NCBI GenBank assembly: GCA_001795615.1
Contig: MGKI01000014.1
Span: 69,380-133,379 of the forward strand
Direction: 5' to 3'
Source of the DNA: Candidatus Yanofskybacteria bacterium RIFCSPLOWO2_01_FULL_42_49
Lineage (GTDB): Bacteria > Patescibacteriota > Minisyncoccia > 2-02-FULL-40-12 > GWA2-44-9
DNA length: 64,000 nt
Shown here: one piece after another, positions 1-9,090 of the stretch
Layout of the letters: the number at the start of each line of letters is the position of its first letter
Position numbering within the stretch: position 1 is the stretch's first letter
Notes under the pieces: generated by a model
What the model was told of the DNA's origin: nothing
Database searches by the model: none
What the model saw: only the letters and a program-made list of their open reading frames with translations
Translations under genes and position numbers: made by a program

Positions 1-2
1 GT

Positions 3-236
3 AGGATACTCAAAAGACAAAAAGGAGACGAGCTTATTTCCGATCCTACAGATCCGGCTGTTTATGACAGGTTAAAGACCCTCTGGCAAAATATTGGGGT
101 AGATTTCCAATATCCCGGAGAAGATCATGTCGCTTACCTCCAATTCGACAGCGAAAAAAATAAACTCAAAAGAATTATTCCCAGAAAAGGAATGCGGGAA
201 ATCTTCAACCAAATTGAAAAAACATTGAGGTCATAA
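3..236 (+). CDS. 3' end of a gene entering from the left edge, hypothetical protein (partial)
   Basis: Frame open from position 3 (RILKRQKGDELISDP...EKTLRS) to TAA at 234-236, 4 bp before the next ATG. Confidence 0.6.
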   Translation, partial: RILKRQKGDELISDPTDPAVYDRLKTLWQNIGVDFQYPGEDHVAYLQFDSEKNKLKRIIPRKGMREIFNQIEKTLRS

Positions 237-240
237 GAAA

Positions 241-900
241 ATGAACACATCCCTATCTCTCATTAAAGCTGTGGGGTTTGATCTGGACAGAACGCTTTAT
301 CCCAATACTCCGGAAATGAACGAGAGGGTAGCTCAAGAAATTTTTAAAGCCATTTTAAAACTCAAACCGGAATTAGAAACAGTAGAAAAAGTTAGAACAA
401 TTTACAAAAAGAGAGGTGAAGAACTTCGCAGTTGGTCAAGGGTCTTAGAAGAGATCGGGATGAAAAATCCCGGAGAAGTAGTAAAAAATTGTTTAGATTC
501 GGCTGACATTACCGATCTAATTAAAGAAGATAAAAAACTGGTCCGAATCATGGAACAGTTAAGCCAAAAATTTTTTCTTTTTTTGGTCACCAGGTCTACT
601 CAAGATCAGGCCACTAAAAAACTGGCCAAGATAGGGATCCGACCGGAACTTTTCCACCTCTCTTCTTTTGGAGACGACCCTCATTCTTTATCTGAAAAAT
701 TTGGCAAGAATTTCCAATATTTCTTGTTCCAGTCGCCTTATCAACCCTATGAACATATTTATATTGGAGATAACCCCCAAACAGATATAATCCCTCCAAA
801 AAATCTCGGCATGAAAACTATTATTGTCGGAAAATATTTAAAAGAAGCGGATTTTTCCGTCGCCAATATCCATGAAATCGAACAACTATTGCTTCCTTAA
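241..900 (+). CDS. HAD-superfamily hydrolase
   Basis: Motif I FDLDRTLY and motif IV YIGDNPQTDI..GMKT. Confidence 0.9.
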   Translation: MNTSLSLIKAVGFDLDRTLYPNTPEMNERVAQEIFKAILKLKPELETVEKVRTIYKKRGEELRSWSRVLEEIGMKNPGEVVKNCLDSADITDLIKEDKKLVRIMEQLSQKFFLFLVTRSTQDQATKKLAKIGIRPELFHLSSFGDDPHSLSEKFGKNFQYFLFQSPYQPYEHIYIGDNPQTDIIPPKNLGMKTIIVGKYLKEADFSVANIHEIEQLLLP

Positions 901-923
901 TCCTCGCCAGACGAGGATTTTTA
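899..923 (+). terminator. Intrinsic terminator
   Basis: AATCCTCG-ccaga-CGAGGATT followed by a T-run directly after the stop. Confidence 0.65.
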
Positions 924-937
924 CTTTTATGACCTCA

Positions 938-966
938 TTGACAAAACCTAAATAAATTTATAAGTT
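938..966 (+). promoter_or_regulatory. Sigma70-like promoter
   Basis: TTGACA (938-943), 17 bp spacer, TAAGTT (961-966), upstream of the GTG at 999. Confidence 0.55.
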
Positions 967-998
967 TTCACGGGACTTTGAAATTTTGAAGGATTCCG

Positions 999-1952
999 GT
1001 GAAATACAGAAAACTGGGCGAGATAATGGTTTCTGAAATTGGGTTTGGAACTTGGGGCATTGGCGGATTAACGGAGGGTGCTTCCTCTTATGGTCCGACC
1101 GACGATTCTGTCTCTAAATTGGCAATTAGAACTGCCCTAGGTCGAGGAATTAATTTTTTCGAAACTTCTGAACTCTACGGCAATGGCCACAGTGAAGAAC
1201 TGCTCGGAGAAGTAATGCGCCAAGACAACTGTCGAGATTCAGCAGTCATAGCTACCAAAGGAGGCCTGACTAAATACCACGGGGATCGTGATCTTTCCAT
1301 AAAAGGCCTAAGAAATTCTCTAACCGGCAGTTTGAGAAGACTAAAGACTAATTATGTGGACCTTTACCAATTACATGATCCGCCGATTGAAATGATCGAT
1401 AAAGAAGTCATCGATACTTTGCAAGAACTTAGAAAAGAGGGATTGATAAAAGAATTCGGCCTTTCATTAAAATCTCCTAAGGATGGCGCTAGAGCCATCG
1501 CCCTAGGTTTTAAGATCTTGCAAATCAACTTCAATCTGGTTGATCAGAGGGCCTGGGACTGCGGATTGCTGGATGAAGCCAAGAGAAGAGAAGTTAAACT
1601 TATCGCCCGCACTCCTTTTTGTTTCGGTTTTTTAACCGGTAAAATAACCAGTTTGAACTTCCACGCCAGAGATCACCGGTCAAGTTGGCCCAAGGCCCAA
1701 TTAGAAAAGTGGCTTGAGGCCGCTGAAATGTTTGACCGAATTAATGAAAATAAGGACAGAGGACTAAACGTTTTGGCTCTTAAATTCTGCCTTATTTCAG
1801 AAGTGTTTTCTTCTGTAATTCCGGGAATACAAACCCCCGATGAGGCCTTGGAAAACGCCGCCGCTTCCCAATGGCCCGATCTGACCCCCGAAGAAATAAA
1901 AGCCATTCGGAACATTTATCAGAAAAATAATTTCCATATCACGGCGACCTAA
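999..1952 (+). CDS. Aldo/keto reductase
   Basis: VSEIGFGTWGIGG, YGNGHSEE, IATKGG, SLRRLKTNYVDLYQLHDP. Confidence 0.92.
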   Translation: MKYRKLGEIMVSEIGFGTWGIGGLTEGASSYGPTDDSVSKLAIRTALGRGINFFETSELYGNGHSEELLGEVMRQDNCRDSAVIATKGGLTKYHGDRDLSIKGLRNSLTGSLRRLKTNYVDLYQLHDPPIEMIDKEVIDTLQELRKEGLIKEFGLSLKSPKDGARAIALGFKILQINFNLVDQRAWDCGLLDEAKRREVKLIARTPFCFGFLTGKITSLNFHARDHRSSWPKAQLEKWLEAAEMFDRINENKDRGLNVLALKFCLISEVFSSVIPGIQTPDEALENAAASQWPDLTPEEIKAIRNIYQKNNFHITAT

Positions 1953-1968
1953 GGGTCGCTTTTGTTTT
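1944..1968 (+). terminator. Intrinsic terminator
   Basis: GCGACC-taag-GGTCGC followed by TTTTGTTTT. Confidence 0.6.
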
Positions 1969-2015
1969 AATAATCTCATTGCTAATTTAATAAACATACT
2001 GTATGCTCATAAAAA

Positions 2016-2687
2016 TTGAACTTTAAAAATGAGGTTGATATGACAGTCTTGAAAGACAAAGCCAGGCAAATTAGATTGTTGGTTTTGGACATGATTTACC
2101 GCGCTAAAACCAGTCATATTGGAACAGCTTTTTCTTGTGCTGATATTTTAGCCGCCCTTTACTTTGGGAATGTCATGAACATACAACCAGAGTCACCATC
2201 TTGGCCCGAAAGAGACAGATTTATTTTAAGCAAAGGCCATGGCTGCTCCGCTTTTTACGCTGCTTTAGCGTTAAAAGGTTATTTTCCCTTAGAAATACTT
2301 GGACAATTTAGCCAGGATGGTTCAAATATTTCTTGTCATTCTACTCTGGGAGTTCTGCCCGGTATTGAAGCTACTGGCGGATCTGGTGGCCATGGTTTAA
2401 GCATCGGCGCGGGTATGGCTTTAGCGGCAAAATTAGATAGCAGAAGTTCTCAAATATTCGTACTAACCGGAGACGGAGAATGCCAGGAAGGTTCAATTTG
2501 GGAAGCAGCCATGTTTGCCGGGCAACATCAACTAAACAACCTAACCCTTATCGTAGATAACAACCAATTGCAAATTCTCGGTAAAACCAGAGAGATAATC
2601 AATCCGGAGCCGTTGCTAGATAAATTTAATGCTTTTAATTGGCAGATTAAACAAAATAAATATCAGGAAAGCCGTTTTTTCTCTTGA
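2016..2687 (+). pseudogene. Transketolase N-terminal (TPP-binding) subunit, C-terminally truncated
   Basis: SHIG, RDRFILSKGH, GDGECQEGSIWEA..N motifs present; homology stops near NAFNWQ (~2646) and the usual DGHD segment is absent. Confidence 0.7.
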
Positions 2688-2892
2688 AGAACATAGTATT
2701 TACGGCGGTTTGGGAAGCGCGATTGCCGAAGTTATCAGCGAAGCCGGTTTTGAAGGAAAGCCGCCGGTTTTTAGAATGTTAGACGTCAAGGACAAATTCA
2801 CTTCTGTGATCGGTTCCGTAAGAACGCTTAGAAAAGACAATAATATAGACAGCGACAGTATCGTTAAAGAAATCTTACATTTAACGACCTAG
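2660..2892 (+). pseudogene. Remnant of a transketolase C-terminal subunit (last ~75 aa only)
   Basis: SLEEHSIYGGLGSAIAE motif in a different frame; no pyrimidine-binding domain and no credible start. Confidence 0.7.
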
Positions 2893-2894
2893 AG

Positions 2895-2918
2895 AGCAGC
2901 TTTTTCAGCTGCTTTTTA
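2895..2918. terminator. Hairpin between convergent genes
   Basis: AGCAGC-tttttca-GCTGCT followed by a T-run. Confidence 0.5.
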
Positions 2919-2935
2919 TTTATAGAGCTGATGCC

Positions 2936-4003
2936 CTACCTACTTTCTATAAAATCTTTGACAATTTTATAATCAGCAAAATACTTTGATTCCGGCCTAG
3001 TGACATAGTCGGGGGGGTTGAATTTATAGTAGACCTTTTTAAGAAAGGGCTTATTTGAAGCAAAATGTTTCAGTTTTTTAAGTAGATCTAGTTCTGACCA
3101 AACAGACCCTGGTTTCGCAGAAGAAACGGGCTCTTTCTGCCCAATAGACAACCATGTTTTTTCTATAGAATATTGCTGGGCAAGATAAACAATGAACATC
3201 CCCCTAACGGCGAATCGGCTTTCTTTTTCTGATATGCCTTTTTTCCGTATAATTTCCGAGAATCCTTCTTCGCAAATTCTCCACTGCTCGCCGATAGACG
3301 GATGCATCAGAAAATCTTCCGTGAGACTGTGATCAAAGAAAGGCAGGTCGCTTCTTTGCATAATATATCCTAATTTATCAAGCACCTTGGCTTTGCCAGA
3401 AATTATCAGCATATCAAACAATAAAAATTCGAACATGTCCCCGGCTATGGCAAAGTGCTTTGTAATATTGCGTATTTCTCTCTCTGTTTCGGTTCTTGTG
3501 ACCGCAAAACAAATAAAATATTGGTCGGACCAGAAATTTTTTACCCGGGCAAGCATATTCTCGTCTTCAACTGATCTGCCGAATGGCCGAGTTTGTTTCT
3601 CAATAATACCAAAAGGGTTGTTATAATCCTCGCGTCGAAATCGAATATTGATCTGCTTGCCGGCGCAAGTCCCGTAATCGGGATTTTTTTCCAAAAAATC
3701 CGCGCATTCAGAGATGGTCTTTGGAATAATAATATCATCGTCGCATGACCGCACACAGTATTTTTCCTCTATAAAAGGCATCAGATTATATGTATGATCT
3801 TTCCCCGGAGGAGCCCATTGGTAAATTATCTTAAAATTTTTAAATTTCTTTATGCCATTCTTAAGCTTCTCGGCATTCTCCGGATTACTACTGTCTAGAA
3901 TATAAATCGGGTGAGGACTATTCATCAATTCATAGAACTCAAACTGCCTCAACATAAAATCAGGGCGGTTCATGGTGGAAATTATGATGGCCACTTTAAT
4001 CAT
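2936..4003 (-). CDS. GT-A glycosyltransferase, TIGR04440 ('TIGR00180 family') type
   Basis: IIISTMNRP, ILDSS, CDDD motif, CADFLEKNPDY. Confidence 0.8.
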   Translation of the reverse strand: MIKVAIIISTMNRPDFMLRQFEFYELMNSPHPIYILDSSNPENAEKLKNGIKKFKNFKIIYQWAPPGKDHTYNLMPFIEEKYCVRSCDDDIIIPKTISECADFLEKNPDYGTCAGKQINIRFRREDYNNPFGIIEKQTRPFGRSVEDENMLARVKNFWSDQYFICFAVTRTETEREIRNITKHFAIAGDMFEFLLFDMLIISGKAKVLDKLGYIMQRSDLPFFDHSLTEDFLMHPSIGEQWRICEEGFSEIIRKKGISEKESRFAVRGMFIVYLAQQYSIEKTWLSIGQKEPVSSAKPGSVWSELDLLKKLKHFASNKPFLKKVYYKFNPPDYVTRPESKYFADYKIVKDFIESR

Positions 4004-5120
4004 TATGGTTTTTTTCTAAAAAATCTTTAACTACTTTAAAATCGTTAAAATATTTTGACTCCGGTCTGGTCGCATCGTTGGTGGGATGATATTTATAATA
4101 TATACTTTCAAGAAGCGGCCAGCGCGAAACAAAATATCTTGCTTTTTTAAACAAACCTCGTCCCAGCCGGGCAGATGTTGGCCGAGTAGGGGTAGATTTA
4201 AAATGACCGATCGTTTGGGTAACAGGCGGCCAATCGGTCTCCAAAGTAAACTGGCGCGCAAGATAAAGAACAAATATCCATTTGGCAATTTTTAATCCTT
4301 CTTCCTCTGTATACCCTTTTTCTCTTATGATTTCAGCGAATTCCTTATGGGCTATCGCCCATTGGCTGCTCATATTTGGATCTGTCACGACATCAACCGT
4401 TAAACTATGGGTAAAACTGTAACGGTTACTACTCTTTTGCATGACATACCCTAATTTGTCAAGCACTTTAAATTTACCGGAAATTACCAATATAGAAGTT
4501 GATAAAAATTCCAAGATATGTTCAGTCAAAGAAAAATACTTAGTAACATTTCGAATTGATTTTTCCAACTCAACGCTTCTAACCACGAAACAAATAAAAG
4601 CTACGTTTCTGATGGAAACTTCGGAGTTGTTAATCTTTAGATCAAACCAAAACTCCTTAACCCTGGCCAGCATATTATCATCTTCAAGCGACCTGCCATG
4701 CGGCAGTGTCTGACGCTCAATGATGCCGTAGGGCTTATTATAATTTTTCTTCTGAAAACTAAAATTAATCTGCTTTCCGGCGCAAGTTGCATAATCGGGA
4801 TTTTTTTCCAAAAAATCCGCGCATTCAGACATTGTACTGGGAATAAGAAGGTCGTCATCTCCCATCTGAATGCAGTACTTTTCTTTTACTTGGGGCAAAA
4901 GTTGATACAAACAATCTTTCCCCGGCGGAGCCCATTGATATATTATACTTAACTTCTTAAATTTCTTTATCTCTTTTTTTAACTTATCCGCATTCTCTGG
5001 ATTACTACTATCCAAAACATAAATCGGATGGGGACTATTCATCAATTCATAGAACTCAAACTGCCTCAATATAAAATCGGGACGGTTCATTGTTGGAATT
5101 AGGATGGCTACTTTAGTCAT
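3996..5120 (-). CDS. GT-A glycosyltransferase, TIGR04440 type (tandem paralogue)
   Basis: Near-identical N-terminus to 2936-4003; GDDD motif; start moved to MTKVAIL (5120) by alignment with the paralogue. Confidence 0.8.
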   Translation of the reverse strand: MTKVAILIPTMNRPDFILRQFEFYELMNSPHPIYVLDSSNPENADKLKKEIKKFKKLSIIYQWAPPGKDCLYQLLPQVKEKYCIQMGDDDLLIPSTMSECADFLEKNPDYATCAGKQINFSFQKKNYNKPYGIIERQTLPHGRSLEDDNMLARVKEFWFDLKINNSEVSIRNVAFICFVVRSVELEKSIRNVTKYFSLTEHILEFLSTSILVISGKFKVLDKLGYVMQKSSNRYSFTHSLTVDVVTDPNMSSQWAIAHKEFAEIIREKGYTEEEGLKIAKWIFVLYLARQFTLETDWPPVTQTIGHFKSTPTRPTSARLGRGLFKKARYFVSRWPLLESIYYKYHPTNDATRPESKYFNDFKVVKDFLEKNHND

Positions 5121-5168
5121 TGTTGAATGGTATAATTTGGGTACGATAAAGTCCATAGTTCTTGTTTA

Positions 5169-5210
5169 TAACACCCGTTGATACCTTCTGACACTTTTTG
5201 ATACTGATAC
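5169..5210 (+). promoter_or_regulatory. 10-bp-phased TGAYAC direct-repeat array, copy 1
   Basis: TAACAC 5169, TGATAC 5179, TGACAC 5189, TGATAC 5199. Confidence 0.6.
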
Positions 5211-5278
5211 AAAGTACTGGACAATATCTGTTAAATTTATTATGATTTTGTCAAAGCTTCTTAAAAACGAGGGGTAAA

Positions 5279-6664
5279 ATGCTCAAGAATGTGAACCCAA
5301 ATATATTACAAATAACCAATGCCTTTATGTATACCGAATACCCCCACAAGAGTTTTTGGTCAACTGATATGGGAAGTGAAGATTGTCATTCGGCGCTACT
5401 TGAATTATTAACCGATGAGCCCAATGTCCCTCTTTTGCTCTATGTCCATATATTGTACTGCACAAAACTTTGCTGGTTCTGTAATTGTCACATAGGAGAG
5501 ATCACCCAAAGCCAAGACAAGAGAAAAGATTATCTTGAGCTTCTTTATTCAGAAATACGATTGTTTAAGAAACTTTTTGACAAACACTCTTTGGCTCCGA
5601 ATTTTACAGAAATACATCTAGGAGGCGGATCTCCTACGGATCTTAGCATGAATGACTTTAGCCGACTGGTAGAAAATTTGAGTTCAATCGTAGATATCAA
5701 AAACTTGAGTGAATTTTCTATTGAAATAGATCCAAGACACAGCAGCAGAGAAATGCTTAGATTTTACCATAACCAAGGAATAAACCGAATTTCCTTTGGA
5801 ATTCAGGACTTTGACCCTGGTGTCCAAAAAGCCATTAACAGAATCCAGCCGATAGAGCTTGTAGAAAAACTTATGGGGCCGGAAATTAGTGATCTTTTCC
5901 CCAATGGTATAAATTTTGACATTATTTGCGGCCTGCCTCATCAAACAACCGAAACAATCAAGAGAACGATGGATGAATGTGTCCGTCTTTCGCCGGATAG
6001 GATTTGCTTCAATTATCTCCACCAGGCTCCCGAATTTTCAAAACATCAGCGACTTATGTCTGACGGTAAATTTGGAAGACCAGATCATCTTCCGGATTAT
6101 TATGAGAGGAAAAAACTCTTCACTATAGCCATGGAAACATTGATTAAAGCCGGCTATATCCGCACCGGATATGACCATTTTGCCAAACCAACTGATGCCG
6201 TGGCCAAGGCGATGGCAGAAGGTAAAATGCAATGGAATGCATTGGGAGTTACTGCGGGAAGATACACCAGTATTATTGGCGTGGGAATCCAGAGTTTTAG
6301 CACAATCGGCAATTATTATTTTCAGAATTTTTATGACTTGAAAAAATACCGGGAATCTTTGAGACAAGGACAATTTCCGATTTTCCGCGGCCATCGGCAA
6401 AACCAAGATGATCTTATCAGAAGAGATGTTATTCAAACTTTAAGAAGTTTCTTTTCTATAGATTTCAGATGTATTGACGAAAAATACGCTATTAATTTTG
6501 AGGAATATTTCGATCCAGAACTTGTGGCATTAGATGATTATGTAAGGGACGGCCTGATAGAAATAAAAGACAGGTCGATTATTATTACTGAGAAAGGGCA
6601 TCAATTCGCTAATACTGTCTGTTATGTATTTGATAAATATAAAAAAAATCGGCCCAAATTTTAA
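5279..6664 (+). CDS. hemN: HemN-like (coproporphyrinogen III oxidase family) radical SAM enzyme
   Basis: YVHILYCTKLCWFCNC (CxxxCxxC), HLGGGSP, EIDPR, RISFGIQDFD..VQKAINR, HemN_C-like tail; substrate motifs are diverged. Confidence 0.75.
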   Translation: MLKNVNPNILQITNAFMYTEYPHKSFWSTDMGSEDCHSALLELLTDEPNVPLLLYVHILYCTKLCWFCNCHIGEITQSQDKRKDYLELLYSEIRLFKKLFDKHSLAPNFTEIHLGGGSPTDLSMNDFSRLVENLSSIVDIKNLSEFSIEIDPRHSSREMLRFYHNQGINRISFGIQDFDPGVQKAINRIQPIELVEKLMGPEISDLFPNGINFDIICGLPHQTTETIKRTMDECVRLSPDRICFNYLHQAPEFSKHQRLMSDGKFGRPDHLPDYYERKKLFTIAMETLIKAGYIRTGYDHFAKPTDAVAKAMAEGKMQWNALGVTAGRYTSIIGVGIQSFSTIGNYYFQNFYDLKKYRESLRQGQFPIFRGHRQNQDDLIRRDVIQTLRSFFSIDFRCIDEKYAINFEEYFDPELVALDDYVRDGLIEIKDRSIIITEKGHQFANTVCYVFDKYKKNRPKF

Positions 6665-6679
6665 AATTTGGGCCTTTTT
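6651..6679 (+). terminator. Terminator-like perfect 24-bp palindrome
   Basis: GGCCCAAATTTT|AAAATTTGGGCC followed by TTTTT, spanning the stop codon. Confidence 0.6.
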
Positions 6680-6709
6680 ATTAAAACTCGCCTATTCGGT
6701 TTACAGCGT

Positions 6710-6740
6710 CCGTTGACACTTTCTGACACTTTTTGATACT
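6710..6740 (+). promoter_or_regulatory. 10-bp-phased TGAYAC array, copy 2 (contains TTGACA-N16-GATACT)
   Basis: CCGTTGACACTTTCTGACACTTTTTGATACT, 29/31 identical to 5175-5205. Confidence 0.65.
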
Positions 6741-6751
6741 CTTAAAATATC

Positions 6752-7852
6752 ATGGGCAATGAACAAAATACAAAAGTAGCCATATCAATATCCACAATGA
6801 ACCGGCCGGATTTCTTGGCTCGTACTCTTAATTATTACGCAAAATGTAAATCCCCCCACCCGGTCTATTTGTCCGATTCAAGTAGCCCTGAAAATGTTAA
6901 GATAATTAAATCAATTCTGAAAAAACTAGATAATAAATTAGAGATACATTACAACTGGCTCCCGCCCGGGTTAGAACCCCACGAAAGAACGCTTTCTGTG
7001 GTAAAAGAAAAATACGCCCTCATTAACGGAGACGACGACTACGAAATACCGTCCACTTTAACTAAGTGCGCAGAATTTCTAGAGAATAACCCGGACTATA
7101 CTGCAGCTGGGGGTCATGGCATATCTTTTCGACTTAAAACCAGTGGTCCATACGGAGAAATAAAAAGGTTGGCCGACTATCCTTTTTATCCAATTGAAGC
7201 AAATACGGCCTCTCAAAGATTAAATGATTTTTTAAAAAAATGTTTCGTCGTCACATCCGGAGTAAATCGAGTTGAACATTTGAAGAAGATCTGGGTCATT
7301 CCGTTGCCCATAATAAACACCTGGAGCGAACTATTTCAGATAAGCCATTGCGCCGTGTCCGGTAAAATAAAATTGCTGGACTGCCTGGGCATAGTTCGGC
7401 ACATTCATGACCAGCAATATTACCTGACAAGTATGGTTGATTGGCTGACCGAAAAAGAATTCTATAATTATTATACGATATTCCAAGACCACCTTGCTAA
7501 AACAATCGCAAAAATTGACAATGTTTCCATAGACCAGGCAAAACAAACTGTTAAAAACGCCTTCTGGGAATACCTGCAAGTATATATGGCAAACGAAAAA
7601 AAAGGATTGGGGGCTAACAATGAGGAGTTAAAGACAAGCTCCCCTACTTTAAAAACGTTAAGAGTAACGCTCGGAAAGACTTTTCCTGTTTTAAAAACCG
7701 CTTACCGTCAATACTTAAGACCCTTTATCTCTGATAAACAACAGATGCATTATGACGCGATGAACTCACGCTCTCCATATTTTAAAGAGTTTCAGTTTGT
7801 AATGGATTCGTTCACGGGAAAGGATATAAAAACACATGACCAACAACAATAA
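6752..7852 (+). CDS. GT-A glycosyltransferase, TIGR04440 type (third paralogue)
   Basis: ISTMNRP, LSDSS, GDDD, CAEFLENNPDY. Confidence 0.8.
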   Translation: MGNEQNTKVAISISTMNRPDFLARTLNYYAKCKSPHPVYLSDSSSPENVKIIKSILKKLDNKLEIHYNWLPPGLEPHERTLSVVKEKYALINGDDDYEIPSTLTKCAEFLENNPDYTAAGGHGISFRLKTSGPYGEIKRLADYPFYPIEANTASQRLNDFLKKCFVVTSGVNRVEHLKKIWVIPLPIINTWSELFQISHCAVSGKIKLLDCLGIVRHIHDQQYYLTSMVDWLTEKEFYNYYTIFQDHLAKTIAKIDNVSIDQAKQTVKNAFWEYLQVYMANEKKGLGANNEELKTSSPTLKTLRVTLGKTFPVLKTAYRQYLRPFISDKQQMHYDAMNSRSPYFKEFQFVMDSFTGKDIKTHDQQQ

Positions 7853-8981
7853 ACAAAACAAAAGAAGCGTGGGATTTATCCCCTACGGCCGACAATCAAT
7901 TGATAATGATGATATTAAGGCCGTCGTTAATGTCTTGCGTTCGGACTGGTTGACCCAGGGTCCTGCGGTAAAACAATTTGAAGAGTCGCTGGCTAAATAT
8001 TGCAACGCCAAATATGCCGTAGCCGTTTCAAACGGCACGGCCGCTCTTCATTTAGCGTATTTAGCCGCCGATTTAAGCGCCGGTGATGAAGTTATCACAA
8101 CCCCAAATACATTTGCCGCAACTTCAAACATGCTCCTGGCGGTTGGAGCAAAACCTATTTTCTGTGATATACGGCTTGATAACTATAATCTTGACGAAAC
8201 AAAAATAGAAAAACTTGTCACCTCAAAAACAAAAGCCATAGTTCCGGTCCATTTTGGCGGCCATCCGTGCAATATGGACAAAATATTAAGTATGGCCAAA
8301 AAACACAGCCTGCTCGTAATTGAAGATGCTTGCCATGCTCTAGGCGCCTCATTTAAGAATGAGAAGGTTGGCGGCATCGGTGATATGTCGGTTTTCAGTT
8401 TTCATCCGGTCAAATCAATAACTACCGGTGAGGGTGGGGCAATTCTGACAAATAATCCTAAATTTTATAAAAAACTGGCCCATCTCCGAACACATGGCAT
8501 AACCAAAGATGAGGGTGGATTCAATGTTATGACCGCACTAGGTTATAACTACAGAATTACCGATATTCAGACGGCCTTGGGAATAAGTCAGTTGAAGAAA
8601 CTGGATAAATTTGTAAAAGCTAGGCAGAAGATTTTCGATATCTATAAAAAAGAGCTGGCCGGTGTAAAAGAGGTCTTCACTCCCTCTCTGGCCAAAAACT
8701 CCGTTTCTTCAAATCATCTTTTTGTAATAAGGACAAAAGACCCAACAAAAAGAAATCCTCTTGCTAATTTTCTTAAACAAAACGGCATAGGCGTAAATTT
8801 TCACTATCCAACCGTTTATTCCCACCCTTATTACAGAAAAAATGGCTATAAAGATGTAAAACTAGCCAACGCCGATCTATATCATAACTCCTGTATCACG
8901 CTTCCGCTTTATGTAACACTAGAAAAGAGCCAAATAAAATACATATGCAATAAAATAAAGGAATTCTTTAAAAAAGTTTAA
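7836..8981 (+). CDS. pseC: UDP-4-amino-4,6-dideoxy-N-acetyl-beta-L-altrosamine transaminase (DegT family)
   Basis: IPYGRQSI, SDWLTQGP, EDACHALG, FSFHPVKSITTGEGG (PLP lysine). Confidence 0.88.
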   Translation: MTNNNKQNKRSVGFIPYGRQSIDNDDIKAVVNVLRSDWLTQGPAVKQFEESLAKYCNAKYAVAVSNGTAALHLAYLAADLSAGDEVITTPNTFAATSNMLLAVGAKPIFCDIRLDNYNLDETKIEKLVTSKTKAIVPVHFGGHPCNMDKILSMAKKHSLLVIEDACHALGASFKNEKVGGIGDMSVFSFHPVKSITTGEGGAILTNNPKFYKKLAHLRTHGITKDEGGFNVMTALGYNYRITDIQTALGISQLKKLDKFVKARQKIFDIYKKELAGVKEVFTPSLAKNSVSSNHLFVIRTKDPTKRNPLANFLKQNGIGVNFHYPTVYSHPYYRKNGYKDVKLANADLYHNSCITLPLYVTLEKSQIKYICNKIKEFFKKV

Positions 8982-9088
8982 AGTAGAGAATTAAAAGTTA
9001 AAAATCAAAGTTACAAGTTAAAATTTTTTATATATAACTTTGAATTTAAAACTTTAACTTTCAACTTTACACTTTTAACTTTTTACTT
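8982..9088. repeat. Intergenic inverted array of imperfect heptamers, (AAAGTTA)n...(TAACTTT)n
   Basis: ttaaaagttaaaaatcaaagttacaagttaaaa ... taactttgaatttaaaactttaactttcaactttacacttttaactttt. Confidence 0.75.
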
Positions 9089-9090
9089 AT

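Noticed and set aside
4153..4195. Possible decayed palindromic insert in the GT C-terminal linker (STPTRPTSARLGRG)
   Set aside because: Arms pair only imperfectly and the paralogue has a linker of similar length, so it cannot be supported
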